The position numbers and the translations under genes were made by a program. The notes below the pieces were generated by a model. That model had not been told where the DNA came from and searched no databases. It saw only the letters and a list, made by a program, of their open reading frames with translations. Below are positions 42,924 through 52,741 of a stretch of DNA of 64,000 nt, piece after piece; within the stretch, counting starts at the first letter, position 1; each line of letters begins with the position of its first letter. The DNA is from an uncultured Chloroflexia bacterium (GTDB taxonomy: Bacteria; Chloroflexota; Limnocylindria; Limnocylindrales; CSP1-4), in NCBI GenBank assembly GCA_963763775.1, contig CAVXPZ010000001.1, forward strand, positions 928,001 to 992,000. The letters are read 5' to 3'.

Positions 42924-43939
42924 CAGTCGACGTCCTCGGCGTACACGTAGCGCATCGCGCTCTCGACGGTGGGGTCGGGCTGGGCCTCCGCGAAGTCGGT
43001 CGCGTCGTCGACGGCGGCCTTGATCTCGGCGGCCAGCCGCGCCTCGATCTCGTCGGTCAGGACGCCCGCCGCGCGCAGCCGGTCGCGGAAATGCGGCAGG
43101 GCGTCGCGCTCGCGGCCGGCGGCGAGGTCGTCCTCGGTGCGGTACTTGGTCTGCTGGTCGTCCGACGAGTGCGCGGTGAGTCGCGTGACCTTGGCCTCGA
43201 TCAGGGTCGGGCCCTCGCCCGCGCGAGCCCGCGCGACCGCGTCCCGTGCCGCCGCGTAGCACGCGAGCACGTCCTCCCCGTCGACGACGACGCCCGGGAT
43301 CCCGTAGCCGGACGCCCGGTCGGCGACGTCCTCGACCGACACCTCCATCGAGGCCGGCACGCTGATCGCATACCCGTTGTTCTCGACGACGAAGACGAAC
43401 GGCAGCTTGTGGATCGCCGCGAAGTTGAGGCCCTCGTGGACGTCGCCCTGGTTGGACGACCCCTCGCCCATGCTGGCCATCGCCACCTGACCGGTCCGCC
43501 GGATCTTGGCCGCGAGCGCGATGCCGACCGCGTGCAGGAGCTGCGTGGCCACTGGCGAGCTGACCGAGACGAGGTTGTGCTCCCGGCTCCCGTAGTGGCC
43601 GGGCATCTGGCGGCCGCCCGACGACGCGTCGTTCGCCGTCGCGTACTGCGCGGTCATGATGTCGCGCGGGCTCATCCCGAACGTCAGGCACGTCGCGATC
43701 GAGCGGTAGAACGGGGCGATCCAGTCGTGACCCCGCTCGAACGCCCACGCGATCCCCACCTGCGCGCCCTCGTGGCCCTGCCCGCTGATGACGAACGGGA
43801 TCCGTCCCGCACGGTTGAGGATCCACATCCGCTCGTCGACCGCACGCGCGAGCGCGACGAGCCGGTACATCTCGATGAGGTCGGCATCCGAGAGGCCGAC
43901 GGCGTCGCCGAGGTGGGAGTCGCTCCTGGTCGCTGCCAT
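42923..43939 (-). CDS. 2-oxoacid (likely branched-chain) dehydrogenase E1 alpha
   Basis: SGGRQMPGH, SSPVATQ, GEGSSNQGDVHEGLN TPP motif, HSSDD. Confidence 0.93.
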   Translation of the reverse strand: MAATRSDSHLGDAVGLSDADLIEMYRLVALARAVDERMWILNRAGRIPFVISGQGHEGAQVGIAWAFERGHDWIAPFYRSIATCLTFGMSPRDIMTAQYATANDASSGGRQMPGHYGSREHNLVSVSSPVATQLLHAVGIALAAKIRRTGQVAMASMGEGSSNQGDVHEGLNFAAIHKLPFVFVVENNGYAISVPASMEVSVEDVADRASGYGIPGVVVDGEDVLACYAAARDAVARARAGEGPTLIEAKVTRLTAHSSDDQQTKYRTEDDLAAGRERDALPHFRDRLRAAGVLTDEIEARLAAEIKAAVDDATDFAEAQPDPTVESAMRYVYAEDVD

Positions 43940-43991
43940 CGAGCCGTCCTGCCTCCCTCGTGGCCCGGGCGCCGGCCCGGTGGATCCCGCG

Positions 43992-45434
43992 CTAGATGTT
44001 GATGCCGTGGCCGTCGACCGCCATGGCGGCTTCGCCGATGACCTCGGAGAGCGTCGGGTGGGCGTGCGTGGCGGCGCCGATCTCCCACGCCGCGACCTCG
44101 AGCGTGAACCCGAGGCTCGCCTCGGCGATGAGGTCGGTCGCGTGCGGCCCGATGATGTGGACGCCGAGCGTGTCGTCGTTGCCCTTGTCCGCGATGACCT
44201 TCGCGAACCCCTCGTACTCGCCGCCGATGATGGCCTTGGCAACGGCCTGGAACGGCATCTTGCCCACCTTGTAGTCCGTGCCGGCTGCCTTGACCTGCTC
44301 CTCGGTGAGCCCGATCGAGGCGATCTCCGGGCGGCAGTACGTGGCCCGCGGCTGACTCGTGTAGTCCATCGCGTGGACATCCGACTCGCCGGCGATCGTA
44401 TGAGCCGCCGTTATGCCCTCGTGCGCCGCCGTGTGCGCGAGCCACAGCCCGCCCACGATGTCACCGATCGCGTACACGTGCGGCTCCTTCGTCCGCATGT
44501 GCCCGTCGACCTTGATGATGCCCCGGTCGGTCTCGACCTTCGTCGTCTCGAGGCCGATGTCCTCGATGTTGGCCGCGCGACCGGTGGCCACGAGCATCAG
44601 CTCGGCATGGAGCTCGGTGGGGTCCTTGCCCTCGGGACCGACCGTCACGGTCACGCCGTCCTTGCCGGCCTTCACGGAGGCGGCATCGAACCGGGCGTTG
44701 GTCATCACCTCGATCCCGCGCTTGGTGAAGCTGCGCTCGAGTGTCTTGCTGACCTCGCCGTCCTCGAGCGGCACGATCTGCGGCAGGTACTCCAGGACCG
44801 TCACCTTGACCCCGACGTCGTGGAACATGGACGCGAACTCGACGCCGACCGCGCCCGCGCCGACGACGATGATGTCCTTGGGCAGCGCGTCCATCCGCAG
44901 CACGTCGTCGCTCGTGACGATGCGCGTCCCGTCCGGAGTCAGGCCCGGGAGCGACTTGACCCGCGACCCGGTCGCGAGGATGACGTCGGTCGCCTGGAGC
45001 ACGCGCTCGCCGCCGGCCCCGGGCGTCCCGTCCTCGCCGGGCTGGCTGACGCGGACCCGCTGCGGACCGTCGAGGCGGCCACGGCCTTCGATCCACGTCA
45101 CCTGGTACTTGGTGACGAGGGTCTTCAGCCCGGTCCACATGCGCTTGACGACCGCGTCGCGACGGGCCGCCATCGCCGCGTAGTCGACCGTGGGCTCGCC
45201 GGGCAGGATGATCCCGAAGTCCTTCGCGTGCCGCACCCGCTCGACGAACGCGGCCGACTCGAGGAGCGCCTTCGTCGGGATGCAGCCGCGGTGGAGGCAC
45301 GTGCCGCCGAGCTTGTCCTCGTCGACGAGGGCGACCCGTAGGCCGAGCTGGGACGCACGGAATGCCGCGGCGTAGCCGCCGGTGCCCGCGCCGAGCACGA
45401 CGAGGTCGAAGTCATTGGACGAGCCGACGGCCAT
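43992..45434 (-). CDS. lpdA: dihydrolipoyl dehydrogenase
   Basis: GAGTGGY, GGTCLHRGCIPTK, HAHPTLSE. Confidence 0.95.
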   Translation of the reverse strand: MAVGSSNDFDLVVLGAGTGGYAAAFRASQLGLRVALVDEDKLGGTCLHRGCIPTKALLESAAFVERVRHAKDFGIILPGEPTVDYAAMAARRDAVVKRMWTGLKTLVTKYQVTWIEGRGRLDGPQRVRVSQPGEDGTPGAGGERVLQATDVILATGSRVKSLPGLTPDGTRIVTSDDVLRMDALPKDIIVVGAGAVGVEFASMFHDVGVKVTVLEYLPQIVPLEDGEVSKTLERSFTKRGIEVMTNARFDAASVKAGKDGVTVTVGPEGKDPTELHAELMLVATGRAANIEDIGLETTKVETDRGIIKVDGHMRTKEPHVYAIGDIVGGLWLAHTAAHEGITAAHTIAGESDVHAMDYTSQPRATYCRPEIASIGLTEEQVKAAGTDYKVGKMPFQAVAKAIIGGEYEGFAKVIADKGNDDTLGVHIIGPHATDLIAEASLGFTLEVAAWEIGAATHAHPTLSEVIGEAAMAVDGHGINI

Positions 45435-45630
45435 GGGTCAGGGTGCCTCGGGGAGCCTGCGCTTCGGCGACCGCGAGGAGAGGTCGGCGCGCCGGGCGGG
45501 CGGATGGGTCATCGGGTCGATGGTACGCGCGGCGCCGAGACTCCCGCAACCGGGCCGGCCGGCCGTCATCGCAGAGTCCGGATGCTAGACTCGCGCCTTC
45601 GGGCGACTGCCCGGACGCAGGAGCGAATCG

Positions 45631-46278
45631 ATGGGCCCCACCATCCTCCAGACGGTCGGTCTGACGCTCATCGCCTACCTCGCGGGGTCGATCCCCATGG
45701 GGATCCTCGCGGCCCGGCTGTCGGGCGGGCCGGATCCGCGGACGATCGGGTCCGGTCGGACCGGCGGCACGAACGCCCTGCGCGCGCTGGGACGCAAGTG
45801 GGCCGCCTTCGTGGTGATCGGCGACCTGCTCAAGGGCGCCCTGCCGGTCATCCTCGCCCGGTACGTGACCGGCGGCGACCCCATCACCGAGGTGCTGTGC
45901 GGCGCCGCGGCCGTGTCCGGGGCGATCTGGTCGGTGTTCGCGGGGTTCCGCAGCGGCCGCGGCGTCGGGACCGGCGTCGGGACGATGCTCGTCATCCAGC
46001 CCGTCGCGGTCCTCCTCGCGACGCCGGTGTTCGTCGGCGTGATCCTGCTGACGCGCTACGTGTCGCTCGGCTCGCTCCTCGGGTCGGCCGCGATGTTCCC
46101 GGCCATGCTCCTCGTGCTCCTCGTCGTGCCGACCACGCCCCTGCCGTACGTCCTGTACTCCGCGGTGGGCGCGGCGCTCATCTGGCTGGCCCACGCGGAC
46201 AACATCGACCGGCTGCTCCACGGCACGGAGCGCAAGTTCGACCTGGGCCTGCTCGCCGGCAAACGCCCGAGCAGCTGA
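45631..46278 (+). CDS. plsY: glycerol-3-phosphate acyltransferase
   Basis: YLAGSIP, GSGRTGGTNALR, DLLKG, HADNIDRL. Confidence 0.9.
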   Translation: MGPTILQTVGLTLIAYLAGSIPMGILAARLSGGPDPRTIGSGRTGGTNALRALGRKWAAFVVIGDLLKGALPVILARYVTGGDPITEVLCGAAAVSGAIWSVFAGFRSGRGVGTGVGTMLVIQPVAVLLATPVFVGVILLTRYVSLGSLLGSAAMFPAMLLVLLVVPTTPLPYVLYSAVGAALIWLAHADNIDRLLHGTERKFDLGLLAGKRPSS

Positions 46279-46403
46279 GCGACCCATTCGGCCGTCGCGC
46301 CGCGCGGCCCGGGAATTGTTCGACCCGGGTCGGCTGACGACCCGGGTCGCGGTTCGACGCTGGTTCGGCGGGCCGCCAGTCGGCCCGCACCGAGAGGACG
46401 GGG

Positions 46404-46787
46404 TCAGCCGCCGCGCATGCTCCGGAAGCAGTCGCTGCAGTAGACGGGCTTGCCGCTCGTCGGGCGGAAGGGCACCTGGGCGTCCTTGCCGCAGTTGGAG
46501 CAGGTCGCGGTGAACATCTCACGCGGGCCGCGATCGCGGGAGCCGTAGCCACCACCGCCACCACCACCGTAGCTCGAGCCGCCGGCGGAATAGCCACCAC
46601 CGGCACCATAGCCACCATACGAGCTGCCGCCACCCTCGGCGTTCCGGGCGGCCTTGCGGCTGGCTCGGCACGACGGGCAACGGCGCGGCTCGGTGAACCC
46701 ACGCTGCGCGTAGAAGTCCTGCTCCGAGGCGGTGAACACGAATTCCTGTCCACAGTCCGCGCAGGTCAGGTTCTTGTCGCTGTACAC
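46404..46787 (-). CDS. double zinc-ribbon CxxC-x17-CxxC protein with Gly/Tyr-rich linker
   Basis: CADCGQEFVFTASEQDFY..PRRCPSC; CSNCG..VPFRP..PVYCSDCF. Confidence 0.9.
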   Translation of the reverse strand: MYSDKNLTCADCGQEFVFTASEQDFYAQRGFTEPRRCPSCRASRKAARNAEGGGSSYGGYGAGGGYSAGGSSYGGGGGGGYGSRDRGPREMFTATCSNCGKDAQVPFRPTSGKPVYCSDCFRSMRGG

Positions 46788-46796
46788 GAAAACGAA

Positions 46797-46855
46797 ACTC
46801 CTCTCGGTAGCCGGCGCGAGCCCGTCGGGTTTCTCGCGTCAGCCGTGAGAGGAGT
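46797..46855 (-). promoter_or_regulatory. 5'-leader stem-loop sequestering the SD of the zinc-ribbon gene
   Basis: mRNA ACTCCTCTC...CGCGAG...CTCGCG...GAGAGGAGT nested inverted repeats; the SD lies in the 3' arm. Confidence 0.6.
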
Positions 46856-47015
46856 CCGAGTGTGCGTCGAGCTACGTTCTGGCCACGGACGCTTCCATGG
46901 CGTTTATGCGGCGGGATGGTACGACGTCGTCCGGTCGTTGCATAGCCCTGACTTTCGACCATTCCCGCGAGGCGACGACCGGTCGTCGCTGAGCGTGCGG
47001 TAGAGTCCGCGGAGC

Positions 47016-48188
47016 ATGGAACGACCACCCGCCACGAGCTCGCTCCAGGGCGTCGTTTCGCGTCGCGAAGCGCGCCTCGTCTTCTGGCTCGTCGTCATCG
47101 CGCTGGTGCTCGTCATCGCCCATCTCGGCGCCGAGTTCACGAGCCTGTTCGCGGGTCCCGCGCTGATCCTGTTCGTGGCCTGGCTGATGGCGTACGTGCT
47201 CGAACCCGCGGTGGCATTCCTGCACCGGCACCTGCCCTTCAAGGGCCGCGGTCCCTCCGTCCTGATCACGTACCTGATCACCTTCGTCGTGGCCACGGTC
47301 GTGCTGCTGGGAGCCGGCGTGGCCATCCTGAACGCGGCGATCCAGTTCGTCGACAACCTGCCCGAGATCCTGGCCCGGATCAAGGCGGTCCTTGGGCCGA
47401 TCCTCGACGGGCTCGGCCTGCAGTTGCCGTCCGGCGCGAGCCTGACGACCGCCGTCCAGGACTGGGTCGCCCAGAACGCCGGACAGCTGGCGGACGCCGT
47501 CGCCCTCGCGGTGCACAACGCGGTCATCGTGGTGGCCGGCCTCATCACCGCGGTCTTCATCTCGATCGGGCTCGCCGTCGGCCAGGTCTCGCTCCTTGGC
47601 TGGCTGCGGCGGTTCCTGCCGACGAGCACGTACCGCGACCTGAGCGAGCTCGAGCAGGCGATCGCGGTGTCGTTCGGCGGGTTCGTCCGTGGTCGTCTGT
47701 TGATCGGCGGCATCTACGGCGCGTTCACCGGGATCGTGGCGGTGGTGTTCGGCGTGCCGTACGCCCCGCTCATCGCCGTGATCGCCGGCCTCATCGTCTT
47801 CATCCCGTGGATCGGGCCGTTGATCGGCTGGGCGGTGCTCCCGGCGTTCGCGATGCTCCTCGCGCCCGATGTCGTCGCCCAGTGCGCGATCGTGAGCATC
47901 CTCGGGGCGGTGGCGATCCAGGTGGTCGTGACGCCGTTCGTCATGGCCGGTGCCGTCAGCATGAAGCCCGTCGCCGTGTTCGTGGTCGTCATCCTCGGCA
48001 CGTCGATCGCCGGGATCGTCGGCGCGATCTTCGCGATCCCGACCGCGGCCGCGATCCTCGCGGTGACCGACTACCTGCGCAAGCGCGACGTCCTGCTCCG
48101 CGCCGAGGACGATGCCGCGGCCGGTGGCGGCGCGGTCGACGGTCCGGATCCGGCCAGCCTCGCGGCGATCGACCCGACGCCCGCCTGA
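47016..48188 (+). CDS. AI-2E family transporter
   Basis: AYVLEPAV, GFVRGRL, FIPWIGP, GIVGAIFAIP. Confidence 0.88.
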   Translation: MERPPATSSLQGVVSRREARLVFWLVVIALVLVIAHLGAEFTSLFAGPALILFVAWLMAYVLEPAVAFLHRHLPFKGRGPSVLITYLITFVVATVVLLGAGVAILNAAIQFVDNLPEILARIKAVLGPILDGLGLQLPSGASLTTAVQDWVAQNAGQLADAVALAVHNAVIVVAGLITAVFISIGLAVGQVSLLGWLRRFLPTSTYRDLSELEQAIAVSFGGFVRGRLLIGGIYGAFTGIVAVVFGVPYAPLIAVIAGLIVFIPWIGPLIGWAVLPAFAMLLAPDVVAQCAIVSILGAVAIQVVVTPFVMAGAVSMKPVAVFVVVILGTSIAGIVGAIFAIPTAAAILAVTDYLRKRDVLLRAEDDAAAGGGAVDGPDPASLAAIDPTPA

Positions 48189-48213
48189 GCCAACGGGAGC
48201 ACGAGACCGCCGA

Positions 48214-48930
48214 TCACGCTGGTTCGAACGGCGCGGTGGCGAAGAGGTGGCGGAACTGCTTGCACCAGATGACCGCGCTCTCGAATGACGCTGGGTCGGC
48301 GTCCGGTGGGATGTCGTACCCGAATGAACCATCGGTCGCCTTGAGCTTGCCGAGTTCGAGGGCACCCTTCGCGAAGCCGTTGGCGGATGGGGAGAGGTAC
48401 ACGTACAGGTCCGGCCCGTTGCGGACGCTGAAGTCGTCAAGCCGCAGGTGATAGCGGCCGGGCGATACCTCGATCACGGTCGCGCGGCCCCGGCCGAAGT
48501 GGAAATCATCCGAGCCGTGGAACGCACCACGAGCGAGCGTCGCCGGCGCGAATGGGGTCGACGTTTCGAGCGCGGTGGCTGCCACGGTGGGCTGCGCATC
48601 ACTCGGCGTCGGGGCGACGATCACGTCAGGCGTGGGCGCCGGAACGACACTCGGTCCCGAAGCGGCGTCGACGGGCGGCGGTTCCACGAGCGCCGTACGG
48701 ATGAACAAGGGCGAGGCCACGTACCAGAGCAACGGCAGCGCGACCAGGAGGACTGCCACGGACCCGGCCGTCGAGCGTCCCGGATGCCGCCGCGCCGCCG
48801 AGAGCCATCCCATGCGGCGAGCCAGGATCGCGAGGGCGATCACGCCGGCCGCCGATGCGACGGCGAGCGCGATCCGGTGGTCGTACAGCTCCGCGGTCAG
48901 CGAGGACCACAGATCGTCCAGGTCGTCCAT
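48214..48930 (-). CDS. DM13 domain membrane protein
   Basis: WYVASPLFI, NGPDLYVYLS, LGKLKA, VIWCKQFRHLFATA. Confidence 0.85.
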   Translation of the reverse strand: MDDLDDLWSSLTAELYDHRIALAVASAAGVIALAILARRMGWLSAARRHPGRSTAGSVAVLLVALPLLWYVASPLFIRTALVEPPPVDAASGPSVVPAPTPDVIVAPTPSDAQPTVAATALETSTPFAPATLARGAFHGSDDFHFGRGRATVIEVSPGRYHLRLDDFSVRNGPDLYVYLSPSANGFAKGALELGKLKATDGSFGYDIPPDADPASFESAVIWCKQFRHLFATAPFEPA

Positions 48931-49000
48931 CGCCGTACCTTGGCGGGCGCACGTGACAGTTCGATGACCCTGGATGGAGGCCTCCGCCGAGGCGGGCCGC

Positions 49001-50695
49001 CTACGTCGCCGGTGAGGCCCCCGTCACGGAGAACTCACGACGAGCGACCTCGAGGTAGGCCTCGACCTCGCGCGCGCGCCGGGTCTCACCCCATCCGAGC
49101 TCGTCGCCGAGCAGCTCGGCCACGCGCGGGGCGATGGCGGCGCCTCGATCGGGCAACTCCTGCGCCAGGCGGAGGCGACGTGCCAGGACGTCGTCGAGCG
49201 TCAGCGCCATCTCGTGGCGGACCGCCCAGGTCACCTCGGCCTCGAGGAACGGGCGACCGGGCGTGAGGCGCTGGATGAGGCCGAGTTCCCCACCGAGGCT
49301 CACCACCCCGGGGGCCTCGGTCCCGTGCCGGGCGACGAGGCGGGCCGCCACCGCCCCATCCAGCGCCCCGATGGCCGGGATGGAGGCCAACTCCGCGGCG
49401 ATCCGGTCGAGCGCATCGTGGTCGGCCGCACCCACCAGGCGCCGTTCGGCGGTCTGGCTCGGCCGCGTCCGGGCCTCGGCCTTGCCGAGCACCGCGTCGA
49501 TCGCGTCCCGCGCCATCACGCGGTACGTCGTGTACTTGCCGCCGCCGATGCGGACGACGCCGTTCGGCTCCACCGTGACCCGGTGTTCGCGTGAGGCCTT
49601 CACCGTGGAACCGCCCGACGGCGCGATCAGCGGCCGTAGTCCGGCGAAGGTCCCGACCACGTCGTCGCGCGTCAGGTCGACGTCCATCGTCGCGTTGACC
49701 GTGTCGAGCAGCTTCTGGATCTCCCAGTCGTCCGCGGCCGGGTGGTCGAAGGAGCCTTCGTACGGCGCGTCGGTCGTCCCGATCAGCCAGTGGTCCGGCC
49801 ATGGCACGAGGAACACGATCTTGCCCGGGACCCGGATCGTGAGCCCGGCCTTGTTCGGGATCCGCGCACGCGGCACGACGAGGTGCGCGCCACGGCTCGG
49901 CAGGATCCTGAGGCTGCTGCCGCCGAACGGATGGTCCGCCTCGGCCTCCCAGACGCCGGTCGCGTCGAGCACCGCCCGAGTCCGGATCTCGAAGTCGGCG
50001 CCCGTCAGCAGGTCGCGCGCCCGGACCGCCTCCATCGTGCCGTACGCCGGGTCCGAGCGGAGCCCCGTCGCCTGGACCCGCGTCAGGACGACCGCGCCGT
50101 CGGCGACGGCCGTCCGGGCGACGGCGAGCGTGTAGCGGGCGTCGTCCTCGACGCCGTCGTGGTACACGAGACCACCGCGCAGACCCTCGTGCCGCAGCGT
50201 GGGGGCAAGGTCCAGCGTCGCGGCGCGCGAGAGGCGGCGGTGCCACCCGCCGTCATGGCGGGCGCCGAGGATGTCGTACAGGGTCAGGCCAGCGTCGTAG
50301 AACGCCTTCGACGCGAACGGGATCCCATAGATCGGGAACAGGAGCGGCTCGATCCGGACGAGGTGCGGCGCGAGGTGCAGCAACCGCGAGCGCTCGGCCA
50401 GCGCCTCGCGTACCAGGGAGATCCGGAACTGCTCCAGGTAGCGCAGACCGCCGTGGATGAGCCGCGACGAGCGCGACGACGTCCCGGACGCGATGTCGTC
50501 CTGCTCGATGAGGACCGCCCGCATCCCGCGCGAGACTGCATCGAGCAGGGCCCCGCAGCCGACGATCCCGCCGCCGACGATGACCAGGTCCCAGCGCTCG
50601 GTCTCGAGGGCCTCGAGCGCGGCGCGGCGCGCGTCTGCCGGCGTGGGGACGTCGGCCGGTACCGGGGCGATGAGCGCGTCCGGGTCCAGGGTCAT
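49001..50695 (-). CDS. glpD: FAD-dependent glycerol-3-phosphate dehydrogenase
   Basis: VGGGIVG, SGTSSRSSRLIHGGLRYL, IGTTD, FAGLRPL, GGKYTTYR. Confidence 0.92.
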   Translation of the reverse strand: MTLDPDALIAPVPADVPTPADARRAALEALETERWDLVIVGGGIVGCGALLDAVSRGMRAVLIEQDDIASGTSSRSSRLIHGGLRYLEQFRISLVREALAERSRLLHLAPHLVRIEPLLFPIYGIPFASKAFYDAGLTLYDILGARHDGGWHRRLSRAATLDLAPTLRHEGLRGGLVYHDGVEDDARYTLAVARTAVADGAVVLTRVQATGLRSDPAYGTMEAVRARDLLTGADFEIRTRAVLDATGVWEAEADHPFGGSSLRILPSRGAHLVVPRARIPNKAGLTIRVPGKIVFLVPWPDHWLIGTTDAPYEGSFDHPAADDWEIQKLLDTVNATMDVDLTRDDVVGTFAGLRPLIAPSGGSTVKASREHRVTVEPNGVVRIGGGKYTTYRVMARDAIDAVLGKAEARTRPSQTAERRLVGAADHDALDRIAAELASIPAIGALDGAVAARLVARHGTEAPGVVSLGGELGLIQRLTPGRPFLEAEVTWAVRHEMALTLDDVLARRLRLAQELPDRGAAIAPRVAELLGDELGWGETRRAREVEAYLEVARREFSVTGASPAT

Positions 50696-50708
50696 GCGGC
50701 GGTCAGCG

Positions 50709-50945
50709 TCAGCGAGGCGCCGAGGGCCGGCGGGTCGAGATCCGCCACAACAGCCAGCCGGTCCCGACGATCAGGACGACGATGGCGAGCGGGGTGTGGA
50801 AGACGACCTCCTGCATCGATGTCGGCAGGACGCTGGTCAGGACGGCCGCGCCGAGCACGACCGCGACGACGACGAGGGCGACCACGGCCACCTGTCGGAC
50901 ACCCGGCTGTCGGTCCTGCGGGGCCCCCTCAGACACGGTCGGCAT
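50709..50945 (-). CDS. small two-TM membrane protein
   Basis: Two hydrophobic segments, between nnrE and glpD. Confidence 0.65.
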   Translation of the reverse strand: MPTVSEGAPQDRQPGVRQVAVVALVVVAVVLGAAVLTSVLPTSMQEVVFHTPLAIVVLIVGTGWLLWRISTRRPSAPR

Positions 50946-51723
50946 CCAAGGGGATACCGATCGGGGCGACGAGGACCTTGCCCGCCTGGACCGCGCCGCG
51001 CTTGGTCAGCAGGCCGGTCTTGGGACGGTGGAACGTGACGGTCAGATCGGCTCGGACGACGGGGTCTGACGGCTCGCCGCTCGAGAGGTCGACTGCCGTC
51101 GGCGTGTCGACCGATACGATGGGAACGCCACTCGCCGCGGCACGGTTCACGAGGTCCACCGCGGACCGGATCGGCTCGCGGAGGACACCGCGGACACCGG
51201 TGCCCAGGAGCGCGTCGACGATGACCGCGACTCGATCGATGCCGCCGCCGAACATCGCGACGTCGCGCGGGACCGCCAGGTGCAGTTTCGTGATGCCGGT
51301 GTCGCGGGCGACTCGGTCCCAGTTCCGTGCCGACGTCACGCCGGCCGGCCGCGCGTCCGACGACACGAGCGCGACGACGACGGTCGCGCCCGCGAGCGCG
51401 AGGCGCCGCGCCGCCACGAAGCCATCCCCGCCGTTGTTGCCCGGACCGCACAGCACGACGATCGGGCCAGTCCCCCATCGGCCGAGGTCGGTCGCGAGCG
51501 CCTTGACCGCCGCGGCCACGGCCGTCCCGGCATGCTCCATGAGTCGCTCTTCTGGGATCCCGAGGACCTGCGCGCGGCGATCGGCCCCCGTCATGGCCTC
51601 GGCCGAGATCGCCGGGAGCGACGCCGGCGCGGACCATCGCCGGCGCAGGCCGCGCAGGTCGAGCTCGAAGATCGAGGGGTCGTTGGCCGGGAGCAGCTGC
51701 TCCGGCTCGACGGTCGTGGGCAT
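50929..51723 (-). CDS. nnrE: NAD(P)H-hydrate epimerase (stand-alone YjeF_N)
   Basis: LMEHAG, CGPGNNGGDG, VDALLGTG, VSVDTP. Confidence 0.88.
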   Translation of the reverse strand: MPTTVEPEQLLPANDPSIFELDLRGLRRRWSAPASLPAISAEAMTGADRRAQVLGIPEERLMEHAGTAVAAAVKALATDLGRWGTGPIVVLCGPGNNGGDGFVAARRLALAGATVVVALVSSDARPAGVTSARNWDRVARDTGITKLHLAVPRDVAMFGGGIDRVAVIVDALLGTGVRGVLREPIRSAVDLVNRAAASGVPIVSVDTPTAVDLSSGEPSDPVVRADLTVTFHRPKTGLLTKRGAVQAGKVLVAPIGIPLDADRV

Positions 51724-51750
51724 CGCCCGGCAAGACTAGCCGAACGCCGG

Positions 51751-52647
51751 TCAGCCCATCCGGAGGCGCGCCCGGTGGTGGTCGTCGAGCTCGATGAGCC
51801 CGTCCGACGCGAGCGCCGCGAGCGCCCGGTCCACCGCCGCCCGGTCGTGCTCGCCGATCGGGGCGTCGACCGGCACCCATGCCGCGTCGGGGGCGGCCCG
51901 CAGGCGGTCGAGGACGCGGCCGCGCAGCCATCGGTTGGTCGAGGCGAACGTCGCGGCGCGTTCCCTGGTGGCCCTCGGTCGACGGCGCACGATGGCGCCG
52001 TCCGCGGCGAACCGGCACCACGGGCGGGCGGGGCAGGCCGGGCAGTCGGCCGTGGCCGCTCGACAGGTCGTCGCGCCTAGATCCATGAGGGCGTGCGTCC
52101 ACATCGCGGCCCGGTCGGCCGGCACCGAGGCGTCCGCGAGCGCCTGCATCTCCCGCGCCGAGCGCGCGCCGGGATCTCCGTCGACGATACGGCCGAGCAC
52201 GCGTCGGACGTTCGTGTCCACGGCGCCGACCTGGACGCCGAACGCGATCGCGGCGACGGCCCTGGCCGTGTACGGGCCGACCCCGGGCAGCCGCTCGAGG
52301 GCCGCGACGTCTGATGGCACCCGGCCGCCGTGCGTCGCCACGATCTCGCGGGCGGCACGCCACAGGTTCATCCCGCGCCGGTCGTAACCCAGGCCCTGCC
52401 ACTCGCGAAGGACGTCTGCGGGCGTGGCCGCGGCAAGGTCATCGACCGTCGGGAACCGTGCCATGAACCGCTCCCAGCGTTCGGCGGCACGGGCCGCCTG
52501 CGTCTGCTGGGCCATCGCCTCGGACACGAGCACCGCGTACGGGTCGGTGGTACGCCGGAACGCCAGCGGCCGTGCCTCGCGCGCGTACCAGTCGAGGACG
52601 GCGTCGCGGAGCGCCGGCGGGACGAGCGAGGGCGTCGACGGGACCAC
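51751..52647 (-). CDS. mutY: A/G-specific adenine glycosylase (short form)
   Basis: LVSEAMAQQTQ, WQGLGY, LPGVGPYTA HhH, VDTNVRRV, Cx6Cx2Cx5C. Confidence 0.88.
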   Translation of the reverse strand: MVPSTPSLVPPALRDAVLDWYAREARPLAFRRTTDPYAVLVSEAMAQQTQAARAAERWERFMARFPTVDDLAAATPADVLREWQGLGYDRRGMNLWRAAREIVATHGGRVPSDVAALERLPGVGPYTARAVAAIAFGVQVGAVDTNVRRVLGRIVDGDPGARSAREMQALADASVPADRAAMWTHALMDLGATTCRAATADCPACPARPWCRFAADGAIVRRRPRATRERAATFASTNRWLRGRVLDRLRAAPDAAWVPVDAPIGEHDRAAVDRALAALASDGLIELDDHHRARLRMG

Positions 52648-52741
52648 GACCGCAGGATACGTGGGCGTGCAGCGACCGTTGATCGCGGGGTGAGCGGTCC
52701 GTCGTACAGTCACGGCTGGACCGATGCAGGGAGTCGCCGCC

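Noticed and set aside
50929-52647. Short MutY without NUDIX-like C-domain and stand-alone NnrE as novelties
   Set aside because: Both architectures are common in high-GC bacteria.
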